Below, one piece after another: positions 36,901 to 46,899 of a DNA stretch of 64,000 nt; position 1 is the stretch's first letter, and each line of letters starts with the position of its first letter. Location: NCBI GenBank assembly GCA_965207065.1, contig OZ242260.1, positions 608,001 through 672,000 of the forward strand. The letters are read 5' to 3'. The notes beneath the pieces were generated by a model, which saw only the letters and a list, made by a program, of their open reading frames with translations, did no database searches and was not told where the DNA came from. Made by a program: the position numbers and the translations under genes. Source of the stretch: a bacterium (GTDB lineage: Bacteria > UBA8248).

Positions 36901-37842
36901 ATGCCCAAAACTCACCATAAGTTTCGATATTGGTCCCACATGGTCTTTGTTGCGGCGATATCGGCCATCGCGGCGCTTTCATCCGTCGATGCTGCGCCAT
37001 ACGACATCGTTGCGGAGAGCAAGAAAACCAAAATCCGAATCGGCGGTTACGATTATTCGTTGGAAGGAAGACTGTTTCGTCCCGAAGGCGAGGGCAGATT
37101 TCCCCTGGTCGTCCTCGCGCACGGCGCTTGCGGCAAGAGATGCAGGCGCAAGTATCCGGAAAGCCGTCTGGCTTCTCCCGCGAAAGTATTCGCCCGCTCC
37201 GGCTATATTGCGTACACGTTTAATAGAATCGGATACGGCAATTCCACCGGATACGAGTGGAACGACCACAATCCTTTCGGCAGAACCGGGGGGTGCAGAA
37301 AGCAAAATTACCTCCAAGCGGCGAGAAGTAGCGGACTGGAAATCCGGCTGGTCATAGAAGCTCTGATCCGGCAAGAACTAAAATACGTGAACCCCGAAAA
37401 AATCCTAGCGGTGGGCCAATCCGGAGGAGGCCTGGCCGTGTTCGGCTTGACGGAAGGCCCGAAATCGCATGAACACCTGACCGGCCTTAAGGGAATAATC
37501 AGCACGGCCGGCGCCTTGGGTGGAAGCTGCGCGCGGGGCGATTATCTGGGCCCTCATTTTTTCAACGATAACATGCTCGAAGCGTACAAAACGTTTGGCC
37601 GAAAATCCAAAACGCCGGCTCTGATGGTGTATGCGAAAAACGACACCCGAACCGTCAGGGCCGCTTCCTGGCGTGACGCCTATAACGAGAGCGGTGGCAA
37701 GGCCACGCTGGTCGTACTACCCGACCAGGGTTCCACACCGAGGCAAGGACACGGGTACTTTTACAAATCGTGGTCGACGGAAGCGTGGAAACCCCATTTC
37801 AGCGCATTTCTCTCCTCGCTCGGCCTGCCTGAGTTGAATTGA
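36901..37842 (+). CDS. Secreted alpha/beta hydrolase (dienelactone hydrolase/peptidase-like)
   Basis: Signal peptide, 'FPLVVLAHG', 'RIGYGNS', nucleophile elbow 'GQSGG', 'GHGYF'. Confidence 0.75.
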   Translation: MPKTHHKFRYWSHMVFVAAISAIAALSSVDAAPYDIVAESKKTKIRIGGYDYSLEGRLFRPEGEGRFPLVVLAHGACGKRCRRKYPESRLASPAKVFARSGYIAYTFNRIGYGNSTGYEWNDHNPFGRTGGCRKQNYLQAARSSGLEIRLVIEALIRQELKYVNPEKILAVGQSGGGLAVFGLTEGPKSHEHLTGLKGIISTAGALGGSCARGDYLGPHFFNDNMLEAYKTFGRKSKTPALMVYAKNDTRTVRAASWRDAYNESGGKATLVVLPDQGSTPRQGHGYFYKSWSTEAWKPHFSAFLSSLGLPELN

Positions 37843-37921
37843 CGAAAAAACGTCGATTCTCGGGCTTCGATGTCGACGGAGGTTTCTCTCCCGGCGCATC
37901 ATTCTGGCGGTAAATCCAGCC

Positions 37922-38149
37922 ATTATCCTTGCAAATTGGAAGTCAAACTTTTAATTTGCAAGGATAATATGCTTTTTCTCGCATAAAATGCGCCGGATTT
38001 GCCTGATTGTGCAAAGGTTTACAACCTTGTCATGGGTCGCTTTGACGGCCATTATCCTTGTAAATTGAAAGGTAGACTTTAGATTTACTAGGATTTTATT
38101 GTATTATCCTTGCAAATTAAAAGTATATGTTTTAATTTACGAGGATGAT
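37922..38149. promoter_or_regulatory. Three 47-bp palindromes (16-bp arms, 15-bp spacer)
   Basis: ATTATCCTTGCAAATT-N15-AATTTGCAAGGATAAT is perfect at 37922-37968; degenerate copies at 38051-38097 and 38103-38149, the last overlapping the RBS and ATG of the ATPase. Confidence 0.7.
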
Positions 38150-39323
38150 ACATCGACGCGCATATCAAAACGTACTGAAAGCGCTCGGCAGGCAGGCGTC
38201 CGTCGCCCTGCTCGGGGCGCGTCAGGTCGGCAAGACGACGCTGGCGCTCGAGGTCGCCGAGAGCGCGGAGGCCGTCTATCTCGACCTCGAGTCCCGCGTG
38301 GACCGGGAGAAGCTCGCAGAGCCTGCGCTCTACCTCCGCGAGTACGAGGACCGCCTCGTCATTCTGGATGAGATTCACCGAACGCCGGAGTTGTTCCAGG
38401 AGTTGCGCGGGCTGATCGACCAGGGCCGCAGGCGGGGCAAACGGACGGGCCGCTTCCTGATGCTGGGCTCGGCTTCGCTGGATCTGCTCCGGCAATCGGG
38501 CGAGAGCCTCGCCGGGCGAATCGAATACGTCGAGCTCGACCCGCTCGACATAAGCGAGGCCGCACCCGACGCGCGAACCATGACGGCGCTGTGGGTGCGC
38601 GGCGGCTTCCCGGACAGTTTTCTCGCCGAGGACGACCCCGACAGCATGACCTTCCGGCGGAGCTTCATCCGCTCTTACCTGGAGCGCGACGTAACGCAAT
38701 TCGGCCGGCGAATCCCTGCGGAGACGCTGGAGCGGTTCTGGACCATGCTGGCCCACGGCCAGGGCACGCTGCTCAACGCATCGAAGCTGGCGGCAGGCCT
38801 TTCCGTCAGCGCCCCGACGGTGAGCGGCTACATCGATCTGCTGGTCGACCTGCTACTCGTGCGCCGCCTGCGCCCCTTCCACGCGAACGTGAAAAAGCGT
38901 CTGGTGAAATCGCCCAAGGTCTACGTGCGCGACAGCGGCATCGTCCACGCCCTGCTCGGTATCGAGGTCTACGACGCGCTCGCCGGACACCCGGTCGTCG
39001 GCCCGAGTTGGGAGGGATTCGTGATCGAGAACCTGCTCGCCGTCGCACCGCCCCGGACGATGGCGAGCTTCTACCGCACCCTCGCGGGCGCAGAGATCGA
39101 TCTCTTGCTGGAGATCCCGGGGAAGCGCGGTCCGTGGGCGATCGAGATCAAGCGCGGACTCTCAGGCGGTCCCGGCAAGGGCTTCCACCACGCTTGTGCA
39201 GACGTGAAACCCGAGCGTGCCTTCGTCGTATACTCGGGCGAGGAGCGCTACCCCATCTCGAAGGACGTGGAGGCGGTCGGCCTGCGGGAGATGGTCTCTA
39301 TCATCGAGCGCGGGGGAGAGTAG
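38145..39323 (+). CDS. AAA ATPase with DUF4143 domain
   Basis: 'GARQVGKTT', 'ILDEIH', 'LGSAS', 'ESLAGR', 'RGGFP', 'KSPKVY.RDSG'; nuclease-like 'EIDLL...AIEIK'. Confidence 0.9.
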   Translation: MIHRRAYQNVLKALGRQASVALLGARQVGKTTLALEVAESAEAVYLDLESRVDREKLAEPALYLREYEDRLVILDEIHRTPELFQELRGLIDQGRRRGKRTGRFLMLGSASLDLLRQSGESLAGRIEYVELDPLDISEAAPDARTMTALWVRGGFPDSFLAEDDPDSMTFRRSFIRSYLERDVTQFGRRIPAETLERFWTMLAHGQGTLLNASKLAAGLSVSAPTVSGYIDLLVDLLLVRRLRPFHANVKKRLVKSPKVYVRDSGIVHALLGIEVYDALAGHPVVGPSWEGFVIENLLAVAPPRTMASFYRTLAGAEIDLLLEIPGKRGPWAIEIKRGLSGGPGKGFHHACADVKPERAFVVYSGEERYPISKDVEAVGLREMVSIIERGGE

Positions 39324-39346
39324 CCGGTTCGGGTGCAACGAGGGCC

Positions 39347-39709
39347 TCAAAGAAACCGCGCGTCCTCGATGATGGCTTCGTCGAAGTTCACGCCATCGAT
39401 ATCGGCGCCGACGAGGTCCGCCTCGCGGAAGCTCGCGCCCGCCACGTCCGCGTCGTTCAGGAGCGCGTCGCGGAGGACGGCGCCCTCCAGATCCGCGTTT
39501 CGCAGATCCGTCTCGCGCATGTCCGCGCCAGAGAGATCGGCGCCGCCCAGGTTCGCGCGCACCAGACTCGCCCCCCTCAGATTGGCGTCGGTGAGGTCGC
39601 ATCCGCTCAGGTCCGCCCAGGAGAGGTCCTCGCCCTCCATCGAGAGAGACTCGCCTTTTTGCGCGGCTTCTTCAATCAGTTGCTCCAGCTTCTCGCGCGT
39701 CATGTTCAT
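39347..39709 (-). CDS. Pentapeptide repeat protein
   Basis: Runs of A(D/N)LxG: 'ADLSGCDLTDANLRGASLVRANLGGADLSGAD'. Confidence 0.85.
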   Translation of the reverse strand: MNMTREKLEQLIEEAAQKGESLSMEGEDLSWADLSGCDLTDANLRGASLVRANLGGADLSGADMRETDLRNADLEGAVLRDALLNDADVAGASFREADLVGADIDGVNFDEAIIEDARFL

Positions 39710-39920
39710 GATGGGGAAAATCATAAACCGGATCGGCGAACTTGCAAGGCCGGATTGACAAGAATCCGGCGCGAAGCCTACAAATAGACCCACGTGCGAA
39801 CGCTTTGGAGATGAGCAACTGCCCCTCTTCGAAGAATATTCATACTGAAAATGCGGTCTGAAACTGCAAAATCCAGGCGGGGAAACGCGCCTCGTCCAAG
39901 AAAATCGACAGGAGAATTCC

Positions 39921-41702
39921 ATGAAGGTTCAAAAGGCAGGCGTCGTCGGTCTGGGAACGATGGGCTCGAACATCGCTATCGTATGCGCCCGCGGCGGCAA
40001 GGAGACGTTGGTGTACGAGGCGAACCCAGCGGCCATGGAGGCCGGGATGGGCCGGGTGCGCTCGTTCGTGGACGCGGGCGTCGAGAAGGGAAAGACCTCT
40101 CCCGAGGAGAGAGACGCGATGATGGGCCGGATCGGCCAAGCCGAGTCGCTCACGGAACTCGAGGATTGCGACCTGGTGATCGAGGCCATCACCGAAGACC
40201 GCGAGGAGAAGAACAAACTGCTCCGGAGCCTGAACGCCGTACTGGGCGGGAGCGCCATCATCGCGTCCAACACGAGCACGCTCTCCATCTCCCACATGGG
40301 GGCGGCATCGGGGCGGCCGTCCCAGACCATCGGCACCCATTTCTGCCTGCCGGCCGCGCTCAACAAGCTCGTGGAGGTCGTCCCCGGTCTCCTCACGAGC
40401 GATGAGACCACAAGCGCGACGAGCGCCTTTCTGGAGGAAGTCGGGCAGACGCCCGTAACGGTCAAGGACTGGCCCGGCTTCGTGCTCAACTACTTCCTGG
40501 TGGCGTTCCAGAACGACTGCATCCGCCTGATCGAGTCGGGCTACACGAACCCAGCGGACCTGGACGCGGGCGTGCGGCTCGGCCTGGGCTACAGGATGGG
40601 CCCCATGCGCCTGCTCGATATCGAGGGACTCGACATCCACCGCACGGTCTCGCTCTCGATGTACGAACAACTGAAAGACCCGCGCTACATTCCACCGCCG
40701 CTGGTGGACCGCATGATCGACGCAGGTCATCTGGGCGCCAAGACGGGCAAGGGGTTTTACACGTATAAGTCCGCAGGACTATTCGGCGTAGCGGAACCCG
40801 AAGAAGACGCCGCGAATGCGCGCGACCTCTCCCGGGGACAGCCCATCGCGGACGCGGTGAAGAAAGTGGGCGTGGTCGGCCTGGGCGCCATGGGTTCTGG
40901 CATCGCGCAGGTCTGCATTACCGCTGGACTGGAAGTCACCGGCGTGGAGGTGAACCCGGACGCCCTGGAAGCGGGCCTTACCCGCATCCGCAGGAACCTG
41001 GACGGCGCGGTGAAGCGCGGCAAGATGGACGAGGCCCGGAAAGAGGCGACGCTGGCGCGCCTCGGCGGATCGACCGACCTGGAAGCGCTCGCGGACTGCG
41101 ACCTCATCATCGAGGTGATCGTCGAGAACCTGGACGCCAAGCTCGAACTCTTCGAAAAGCTGGGGAACATTGCGAAAGAAGGGGCCGTCATCGCCTCGAA
41201 CACCTCGTGTCTATCGGTGACCGCCATGGCGGCCAAGACGAAAGCCCCCGAGCGTGTGGTGGGCCTCCATTTCTTCAACCCGCCCTACGCGATGCGCCTC
41301 GTCGAGGTGGTCGAGGCCATCCAGACGGCGCCCGAGATCACCGAGTTCGGAATCGCGTTCTGCCGCCGCATCGGCAAGACGCCGATTCCCGTGAAGGACA
41401 GGCCGGGGTTCCTGGTGAACCGCCTGCTCGTGCCCTATCTCAACCACGCCGCCCATGCGTTCGATGAGGGCCTCGCGGACAGGGAGAGCATGGACAAGGC
41501 CATCAGCATGGGACTCGGACACCCCATGGGGCCCCTCACCCTCATCGACCTGGTTGGCATCGACGTGCAGACCTTCGTCGCCGATTCGATGGCCGAAGAG
41601 CTGGGCGAGGCGAGGTTTTATGCGCCGCCCATCCTGCGCCGGATGACCTCGGCGGGTTGGCTGGGCAGAAAAACGGGCAAGGGTTTTTATGACTACGAAT
41701 AA
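39921..41702 (+). CDS. 3-hydroxyacyl-CoA dehydrogenase, tandem duplication
   Basis: Two full units, each with a Rossmann motif (GLGTMG; GLGAMG), 'ASNTS', catalytic His (HFCLP; HFFNP) and 'KTGKGFY'. Confidence 0.9.
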   Translation: MKVQKAGVVGLGTMGSNIAIVCARGGKETLVYEANPAAMEAGMGRVRSFVDAGVEKGKTSPEERDAMMGRIGQAESLTELEDCDLVIEAITEDREEKNKLLRSLNAVLGGSAIIASNTSTLSISHMGAASGRPSQTIGTHFCLPAALNKLVEVVPGLLTSDETTSATSAFLEEVGQTPVTVKDWPGFVLNYFLVAFQNDCIRLIESGYTNPADLDAGVRLGLGYRMGPMRLLDIEGLDIHRTVSLSMYEQLKDPRYIPPPLVDRMIDAGHLGAKTGKGFYTYKSAGLFGVAEPEEDAANARDLSRGQPIADAVKKVGVVGLGAMGSGIAQVCITAGLEVTGVEVNPDALEAGLTRIRRNLDGAVKRGKMDEARKEATLARLGGSTDLEALADCDLIIEVIVENLDAKLELFEKLGNIAKEGAVIASNTSCLSVTAMAAKTKAPERVVGLHFFNPPYAMRLVEVVEAIQTAPEITEFGIAFCRRIGKTPIPVKDRPGFLVNRLLVPYLNHAAHAFDEGLADRESMDKAISMGLGHPMGPLTLIDLVGIDVQTFVADSMAEELGEARFYAPPILRRMTSAGWLGRKTGKGFYDYE

Positions 41703-41773
41703 GCGCGCCCGCCGTTAGCGGCGCCTGATTCATCGATGCCTTCCACCGCCGCGACCATCGTACGGGGAGAGGA

Positions 41774-42736
41774 GTGTTGAGCCGCGCGTTCGCGAAACCC
41801 ATCGTCGTGGTGAGCAAGTGCCTGGAGTTCGAGGCCTGCCGCTACAACGGCGAACGAATCGCATCATCCTTCATCGAACGGCTCGAACCCCACGTGCGCT
41901 TCCGGCCCGTCTGCCCCGAGGTGGAAATCGGTCTGGGAACGCCGAGAGACCCGATACGCATCTACTCACAAGGCGAGCAGAAGGCCCTCTTCCAGCCCAG
42001 CACGCGCAAACACCTGACGCGCAGGATGAACGCCTTCTCCAGGCGGTATCTGGAAAATCTCGAAGAGGTCGACGGGTTTATCCTGAAAGCGAAATCGCCG
42101 TCTTGCGCGATCACCGACGCCAGGATATTTCCCGCTCCCGACTCGGAGGAGCAAATCGCACAAGGGCCGGGCCTGTTCGCAGGCGCCGCGCTCGAAGCGT
42201 TCGGTTCGCGAGCGTTCGTGGATGAGGCCGGTCTGAACGAGCCGGGCACTCGCGCTGGTTTCCTCACCAGAATCTTCGCGCTCGCCGCCTTCCGCGAAGT
42301 CAAGGAATCTGGCCGCGCCGACTGCCTCACCCGCTACCACGCGGAGAACAAGCTGCTGTTCATGGCCTACCATCAAGAGACAATGCGCGAGATGGGGCGG
42401 ATCGCGGCGAACCTTGATAAACGCGAATTTAGCGAAGTCGCCTCTCTTTACAAAAGCGCGCTCCTGAGACTCCTCACCCGTTCGCCGACGCGCGCCACTT
42501 GGGTGAATGCCCTCGCACACGCGTTGGGACATCTATCTAATAATATCAGTGGAGAAGAAAAGAAGCGTTTTCTCGATGCGATGGAAGAATATCGAGAGGG
42601 CAAAATCCCCCTGGATGGGCCGCTCGAAATCCTTCGGGAATGGAGCAAGCGCTTCGGATCGAAGTACCTGGCAGCGCAGACGATTTTCGAGCCGTTTCCA
42701 GGGGTGTTGGGTTGGGGAGTGGATAACAACAAGTAA
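41774..42736 (+). CDS. DUF523 (TudS-like) + DUF1722 (YbgA) protein
   Basis: 'VSKCL...CRYNG', 'VCPEVEIGLGTPR', 'KSPSC', 'YHAENKLLFMAY', 'YL..Q...EP'. Confidence 0.85.
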   Translation: MLSRAFAKPIVVVSKCLEFEACRYNGERIASSFIERLEPHVRFRPVCPEVEIGLGTPRDPIRIYSQGEQKALFQPSTRKHLTRRMNAFSRRYLENLEEVDGFILKAKSPSCAITDARIFPAPDSEEQIAQGPGLFAGAALEAFGSRAFVDEAGLNEPGTRAGFLTRIFALAAFREVKESGRADCLTRYHAENKLLFMAYHQETMREMGRIAANLDKREFSEVASLYKSALLRLLTRSPTRATWVNALAHALGHLSNNISGEEKKRFLDAMEEYREGKIPLDGPLEILREWSKRFGSKYLAAQTIFEPFPGVLGWGVDNNK

Positions 42737-42752
42737 AGGAAATTAAAAGACA

Positions 42753-43186
42753 ATGCGCATAATCTGGTCATATCAAGGTCGCCACATCACCGATTACGAG
42801 AAGCTACCCGATTGCTACAAAAACAATGAATTCGACTCGCCCCAATGCTCGACGGTACCGCTTCTCGCATACTGGCGGACACCCGAGCAGCATCGACTTG
42901 TTACCCAGATGCCAAGAGTCGCCATCTCGTCTGCCAAATGTTCGATGTGGACTCGGCCAAGCGGGATATGTACCTTTCAGACCTCGGAACACTCAGAGGA
43001 CTAGTGAGCCCTGACCGCATGAGCATCCACCTAGTCAAGTGCAGCATCCGGCGCACCCTTCTGCAGGAATGTCTTGAGCGTAGATGGGATAAAGGAGAGC
43101 GCTTTCTTCATGAGCCTGTGCTGTGCGGCTTGAAAAACGGTGACTTGATGGATGTCAAGTTGAAGAAAATCTACACCGTGAAATAA
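42753..43186 (+). pseudogene. Degraded foreign gene remnant in two frames
   Basis: Lower-GC stretch; a protein-like N-terminus (MRIIWSYQG...EFDSPQCSTVPLLAYWR) in one frame and a protein-like C-terminus in another. Confidence 0.35.
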
Positions 43187-43201
43187 CGGAGGAAGATGCG
43201 C

Positions 43202-43225
43202 GGGCGGCTCGCGAGCCGCCCCTAC
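43202..43225 (-). repeat. GTAG-type REP hairpin
   Basis: Minus strand reads GTAG-GGGCGGCTCGCGAGCCGCCC, a perfect 20-bp palindrome. Confidence 0.65.
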
Positions 43226-43419
43226 GGAAGGTTGATGCCCCTACAAACAGGCAAACTCTCTTTCCTCCTCGGTCGATTCCTTCCTCTCCGGCTGGCAATC
43301 CCTCCCCAGAGATTCCAGGTGTATTATCGGCGTGATTTATGGTTTTCCATCAGGAGATGCTGCGATGGCGACCCGCAGTCTTTTCTCTCGTTTCAGGGAA
43401 AATTTCCCCAACCACCTCC

Positions 43420-44232
43420 TCAGCCCGCAGACTCGAAAGTCCGCTCCGTCGGGCCGACCGAGCTGAGGCCGCAGCGCAAGGCTTCGAGATTGAACGTCAT
43501 CCAGGGCGGCACGTTCCCGATGTTCACGTCGGGGCCGAATTCGGTAAGCAGGAATTTCTGGAGTTCGTAGATGACGTTGTTCGTCGTGCCTTCGATCCAC
43601 CAGCCGGGAAGTTCGAAAATGACCTTGCGGACGTCCATCCGGTCGCGGATCGAATCGATCAGGGCGCGGTCCGCCTCGCCGCCGGGCATGAGTTCCGCCG
43701 CCTCGAAGAGCACCACCGAGGCGCCCGCATCCATGCAGATGTTCGCCTGTGAGATCAATTCCGCCACGTCCTGCTTGCCGGTCTTGGAGCCCACCTCGCC
43801 GTGCACCTCGAGGCCTGCGTCCACAGCCGAGCGCACCATCCGCTCTCTCTCATTGTCGGACAAGGAGACGCAGTTGTCGGAAATCTCAATCGCCTCGACC
43901 CCGTACTCCGCCGCCGCCTCGAAATAGGGCTGCACTCCGCCCCAGCCCTGCGTGGCGAAGATGAACTCCAGGAACTGCCCGCCGATGAAGGGCTTGACCT
44001 CGTGGCTTTTGAACAGTTCGAGTTTCTCGCGATAGTAATCCTCGATATACAGGCGCGAAGTGCCCACCGCGATTTTGCCCAGGTCGATGAACGGGCCGCT
44101 CATCCGGAGGAGTCCCTGGAGGTATTCGATGGTCTCCCCCTTGTCGATCATCATGGTGATCCCGCTGGTTCTGGGTTTCTCCATGCTGCGCTCAGCGGGA
44201 AGAGGAACGAAGTCGAAGGCGAATCCGGCCAT
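43420..44232 (-). CDS. comA: Phosphosulfolactate synthase
   Basis: 'KPRTSGITMMIDKG', 'IDLGK', 'GGQFLE', 'IEISD', 'EVGSK', 'VIFE', 'FGPDVNIGNV', 'LEALRCGL'. Confidence 0.85.
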   Translation of the reverse strand: MAGFAFDFVPLPAERSMEKPRTSGITMMIDKGETIEYLQGLLRMSGPFIDLGKIAVGTSRLYIEDYYREKLELFKSHEVKPFIGGQFLEFIFATQGWGGVQPYFEAAAEYGVEAIEISDNCVSLSDNERERMVRSAVDAGLEVHGEVGSKTGKQDVAELISQANICMDAGASVVLFEAAELMPGGEADRALIDSIRDRMDVRKVIFELPGWWIEGTTNNVIYELQKFLLTEFGPDVNIGNVPPWMTFNLEALRCGLSSVGPTERTFESAG

Positions 44233-44579
44233 CCCGTACTCCTTTCAGGCTCGTTTTGGTTGATTAGGGTTTCCAGTAAATCGTATCAACCGCGCGGTTG
44301 CAAGGATGAAAATAGCGGGGGAGTTACCAGGGATTGTGAAGATCGCCCTCCCCGGTTCCGGCCAACCTGTCGGTTGTCACCGGCATCCGCCGGCATGACG
44401 GACGCAAACGTTCGCTCCTCGCTCGCGTTTGACCCTTCATTCGATGATCGCCTCACCTGATTAGTCTCCGGGCGCGCACGCCCGTATAATGCGCCCATAC
44501 TGAACAATTGCAATGGCGCGGGGACCGAAGGAAAACCCGCCCGTTCAAGTAAATCCCAAAGGATTCAGAAGGAGGAAAC

Positions 44580-45593
44580 ATGCCGGATTTTTCAAGACCC
44601 GTATTCATCGTCAGCGCCCCCCGTTCAGGCTCGACCCTGTTCCGTCTCATTCTGGACGCCCACCCGAGGCTGGCGGTGCCCTCCCCCGCCTGGCTGTACG
44701 AAATGGTCTACCCCTACCTCTACAGCTATGGCGACCTCGCAAGCCCGGAAAATTTCATGGCGCTGGCCGAGGACATCTTCGAAAACCCCTTCATCAAGAA
44801 CATGAAGCTCGACATCACGCCGAAGGACCTCGTTTCCGCCTCCGAAGAACCGACCTTCCGCGGGCTTTACGATGCGCTTCACCGCCACTACGCCGAGCGC
44901 ACGGGCAAGGAGCGGTGGGGCGAGAAATCTCCCCGCAATTCTTTCTGGATGGAGGAGATCAAAGGCGATTTCCCGGATGCGCAATTCGTCCACATCGTGA
45001 GGGACGGGCGCGACATGGCGATCGACATCGCCGATTCGCCCGAGATGCTGCCCGAGAACATATATTCGGGCGCGCACGTCTGGAAGGATTTCACCGGCGC
45101 CGCGCACGCGTCGGGGAAACGCATGGGGGAATCGGATTACTACGTCATCCGCTATGAGGATTTGTGCGCAGAGCCTGAGGATGCACTGAAAAAACTGTGC
45201 GATTTCCTGAAGGAGGATTTCGATGCGCAGATGCTTGCCCACCACGAAACGGAATCCTCGAAAAGTTGGAGTTCTCTTCCCAACCATGTGAAGAGCGGGC
45301 GGCCCATCTCCACGCAATACTGCGAGATGTACAAGACGCGCCTGCCGACGGACGACGTATCCGCGCTCGAGGAAGTGATGGGGGATCTGCTCGTCGAGTT
45401 CGGCTACCCGGTGGGCGAGAGCGCAAAACCTATACCGGAAAAACTCGCGGCCCAGTTGATGGAAAGCGAGATGATATCCGCGCCCCGCGTGATCGCCTAC
45501 CGCAAATGGCATGCCGACAGGCGGCGGGAGCGGCTCTCGGAAGACGTCTGGAAGCTCGAAGACAGGAAATCTCTCCTGCGCTCGCTTTGCTGA
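44580..45593 (+). CDS. PAPS-dependent sulfotransferase (paralog 1)
   Basis: 5'-PSB loop 'SAPRSGSTL', 'WGEKSP', 3'-PB 'HIVRDGRD', 'RYEDL'. Confidence 0.88.
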   Translation: MPDFSRPVFIVSAPRSGSTLFRLILDAHPRLAVPSPAWLYEMVYPYLYSYGDLASPENFMALAEDIFENPFIKNMKLDITPKDLVSASEEPTFRGLYDALHRHYAERTGKERWGEKSPRNSFWMEEIKGDFPDAQFVHIVRDGRDMAIDIADSPEMLPENIYSGAHVWKDFTGAAHASGKRMGESDYYVIRYEDLCAEPEDALKKLCDFLKEDFDAQMLAHHETESSKSWSSLPNHVKSGRPISTQYCEMYKTRLPTDDVSALEEVMGDLLVEFGYPVGESAKPIPEKLAAQLMESEMISAPRVIAYRKWHADRRRERLSEDVWKLEDRKSLLRSLC

Positions 45594-45828
45594 TGGCGGG
45601 GAGGCGGCTCACAGCGCATCGGGATTTTCGGGCCGAATAAGGCGCGCTTGTGCCGTCTTCGCGGATTCACTATGATGATCGCCATCCATATATTACTTGA
45701 GTCATGCGCCGTTTGAGGAAGTCCGGTTTATTCACTTTCTCTTTCGCTACGAAAAATCACGAATAAAAGGAGCCGAGCAAACGGAATCGAAACGAAATCT
45801 GGGGAAACCTGATTATGGAGGAAGCACG

Positions 45829-46806
45829 ATGTCCAAGATCATGAAATGCATCATTGCCTTTGGTGTTCTGGTATCAGTGGGGTTCGTCGATTCAGCGACG
45901 GCGGCCTATCCTGAACGCGCCATCAACTACATCGTCGCCTACAGGGTCGGGGGCGGCTCCGACAGGACGTCCCGCGCTTTCGTTCCCTTTCTCGAAAAGC
46001 ACCTGGGCAAAGGCGCCAAGATCGCCATCATCAACAAGCCAGGCGCCGGCGGCAACATCGGGTTCAACGCGATAGCGAACGCCAAGCCCGACGGCTACAC
46101 CATCGGCATGACGAACTTCCCCCAGGCCATCGTCGGCCCCATCATGGGGAAGGTGAAATACACCATCAAGGACTTCGACTTCCTGGGCAACGTGAACAGG
46201 GGGCCGACGACGTTCGCCGTGCTCAAGACGAGCAAGTACAAAACCCTGGCCGATCTCATGGCCGACGTCAAGAAGAACCCCGGCAAAATCTCGATCGGCA
46301 TGGCGGCGCTCAGCAGCGTCCACAGCATCGGGACCAGCAAGTTCTTGGTCAAGACGGGACTCAAAATGAACAAGGTGCCTTTCGGCGGCGGCGGACCCGC
46401 GCGCAACGCTCTTCTTGGCGGCCACGTTCCGGTGCTGGCGATTTCGATGTCCGCCATCGCGAAATTCAAGGACAAGGTCCGCATCCTCGCCCAGGCGGCG
46501 CCCGAGCGGGTGTCGATCGGCTCCTGGGTCCCGACGTTCAAGGAGCAGGGCGTGGACATCACCAATTTCGTCTTCCGTCCCGTGGCCGCTCCCAAGGGCG
46601 TGCCGGCGCCCATACTGGCGAAGCTGCGCGCCGCCTTCAAAAAGGCGATCGCAGATCCCGGATTCCTGAAAGTGGCGAAGAAACAAAGAATTGCGGTGGA
46701 ATACACCAGCGGCGAGGAGATGGGGAAGGTAGCGAACGCGTCTCACATGGCCCACGAACAACTCTGGAAGACGAACCCCTGGATGAAGAAGAAAAAGAAA
46801 AAATAA
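45829..46806 (+). CDS. TTT-family substrate-binding protein (TctC/Bug)
   Basis: Signal peptide, 'YPERAI..IVAY..GGGSD', 'NKPGAGG', 'KPDGYT', 'VPFGGGG', 'VPTFKEQG'. Confidence 0.9.
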   Translation: MSKIMKCIIAFGVLVSVGFVDSATAAYPERAINYIVAYRVGGGSDRTSRAFVPFLEKHLGKGAKIAIINKPGAGGNIGFNAIANAKPDGYTIGMTNFPQAIVGPIMGKVKYTIKDFDFLGNVNRGPTTFAVLKTSKYKTLADLMADVKKNPGKISIGMAALSSVHSIGTSKFLVKTGLKMNKVPFGGGGPARNALLGGHVPVLAISMSAIAKFKDKVRILAQAAPERVSIGSWVPTFKEQGVDITNFVFRPVAAPKGVPAPILAKLRAAFKKAIADPGFLKVAKKQRIAVEYTSGEEMGKVANASHMAHEQLWKTNPWMKKKKKK

Positions 46807-46899
46807 GAAAGATCCGGGACTTCGGCTCACTGAGGACGCAGAAACGCAAACAACCCGAGGGCGCGCACCGTCGGTACGCCTTAAGGTCAGGTGGAGCGT

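Noticed and set aside
37922-38149. CRISPR array
   Set aside because: Only three units with irregular gaps (82 and 5 bp), long palindromes and no cas genes.
39347-39709. Qnr-type quinolone resistance gene
   Set aside because: Short generic pentapeptide repeat protein without distinguishing features.
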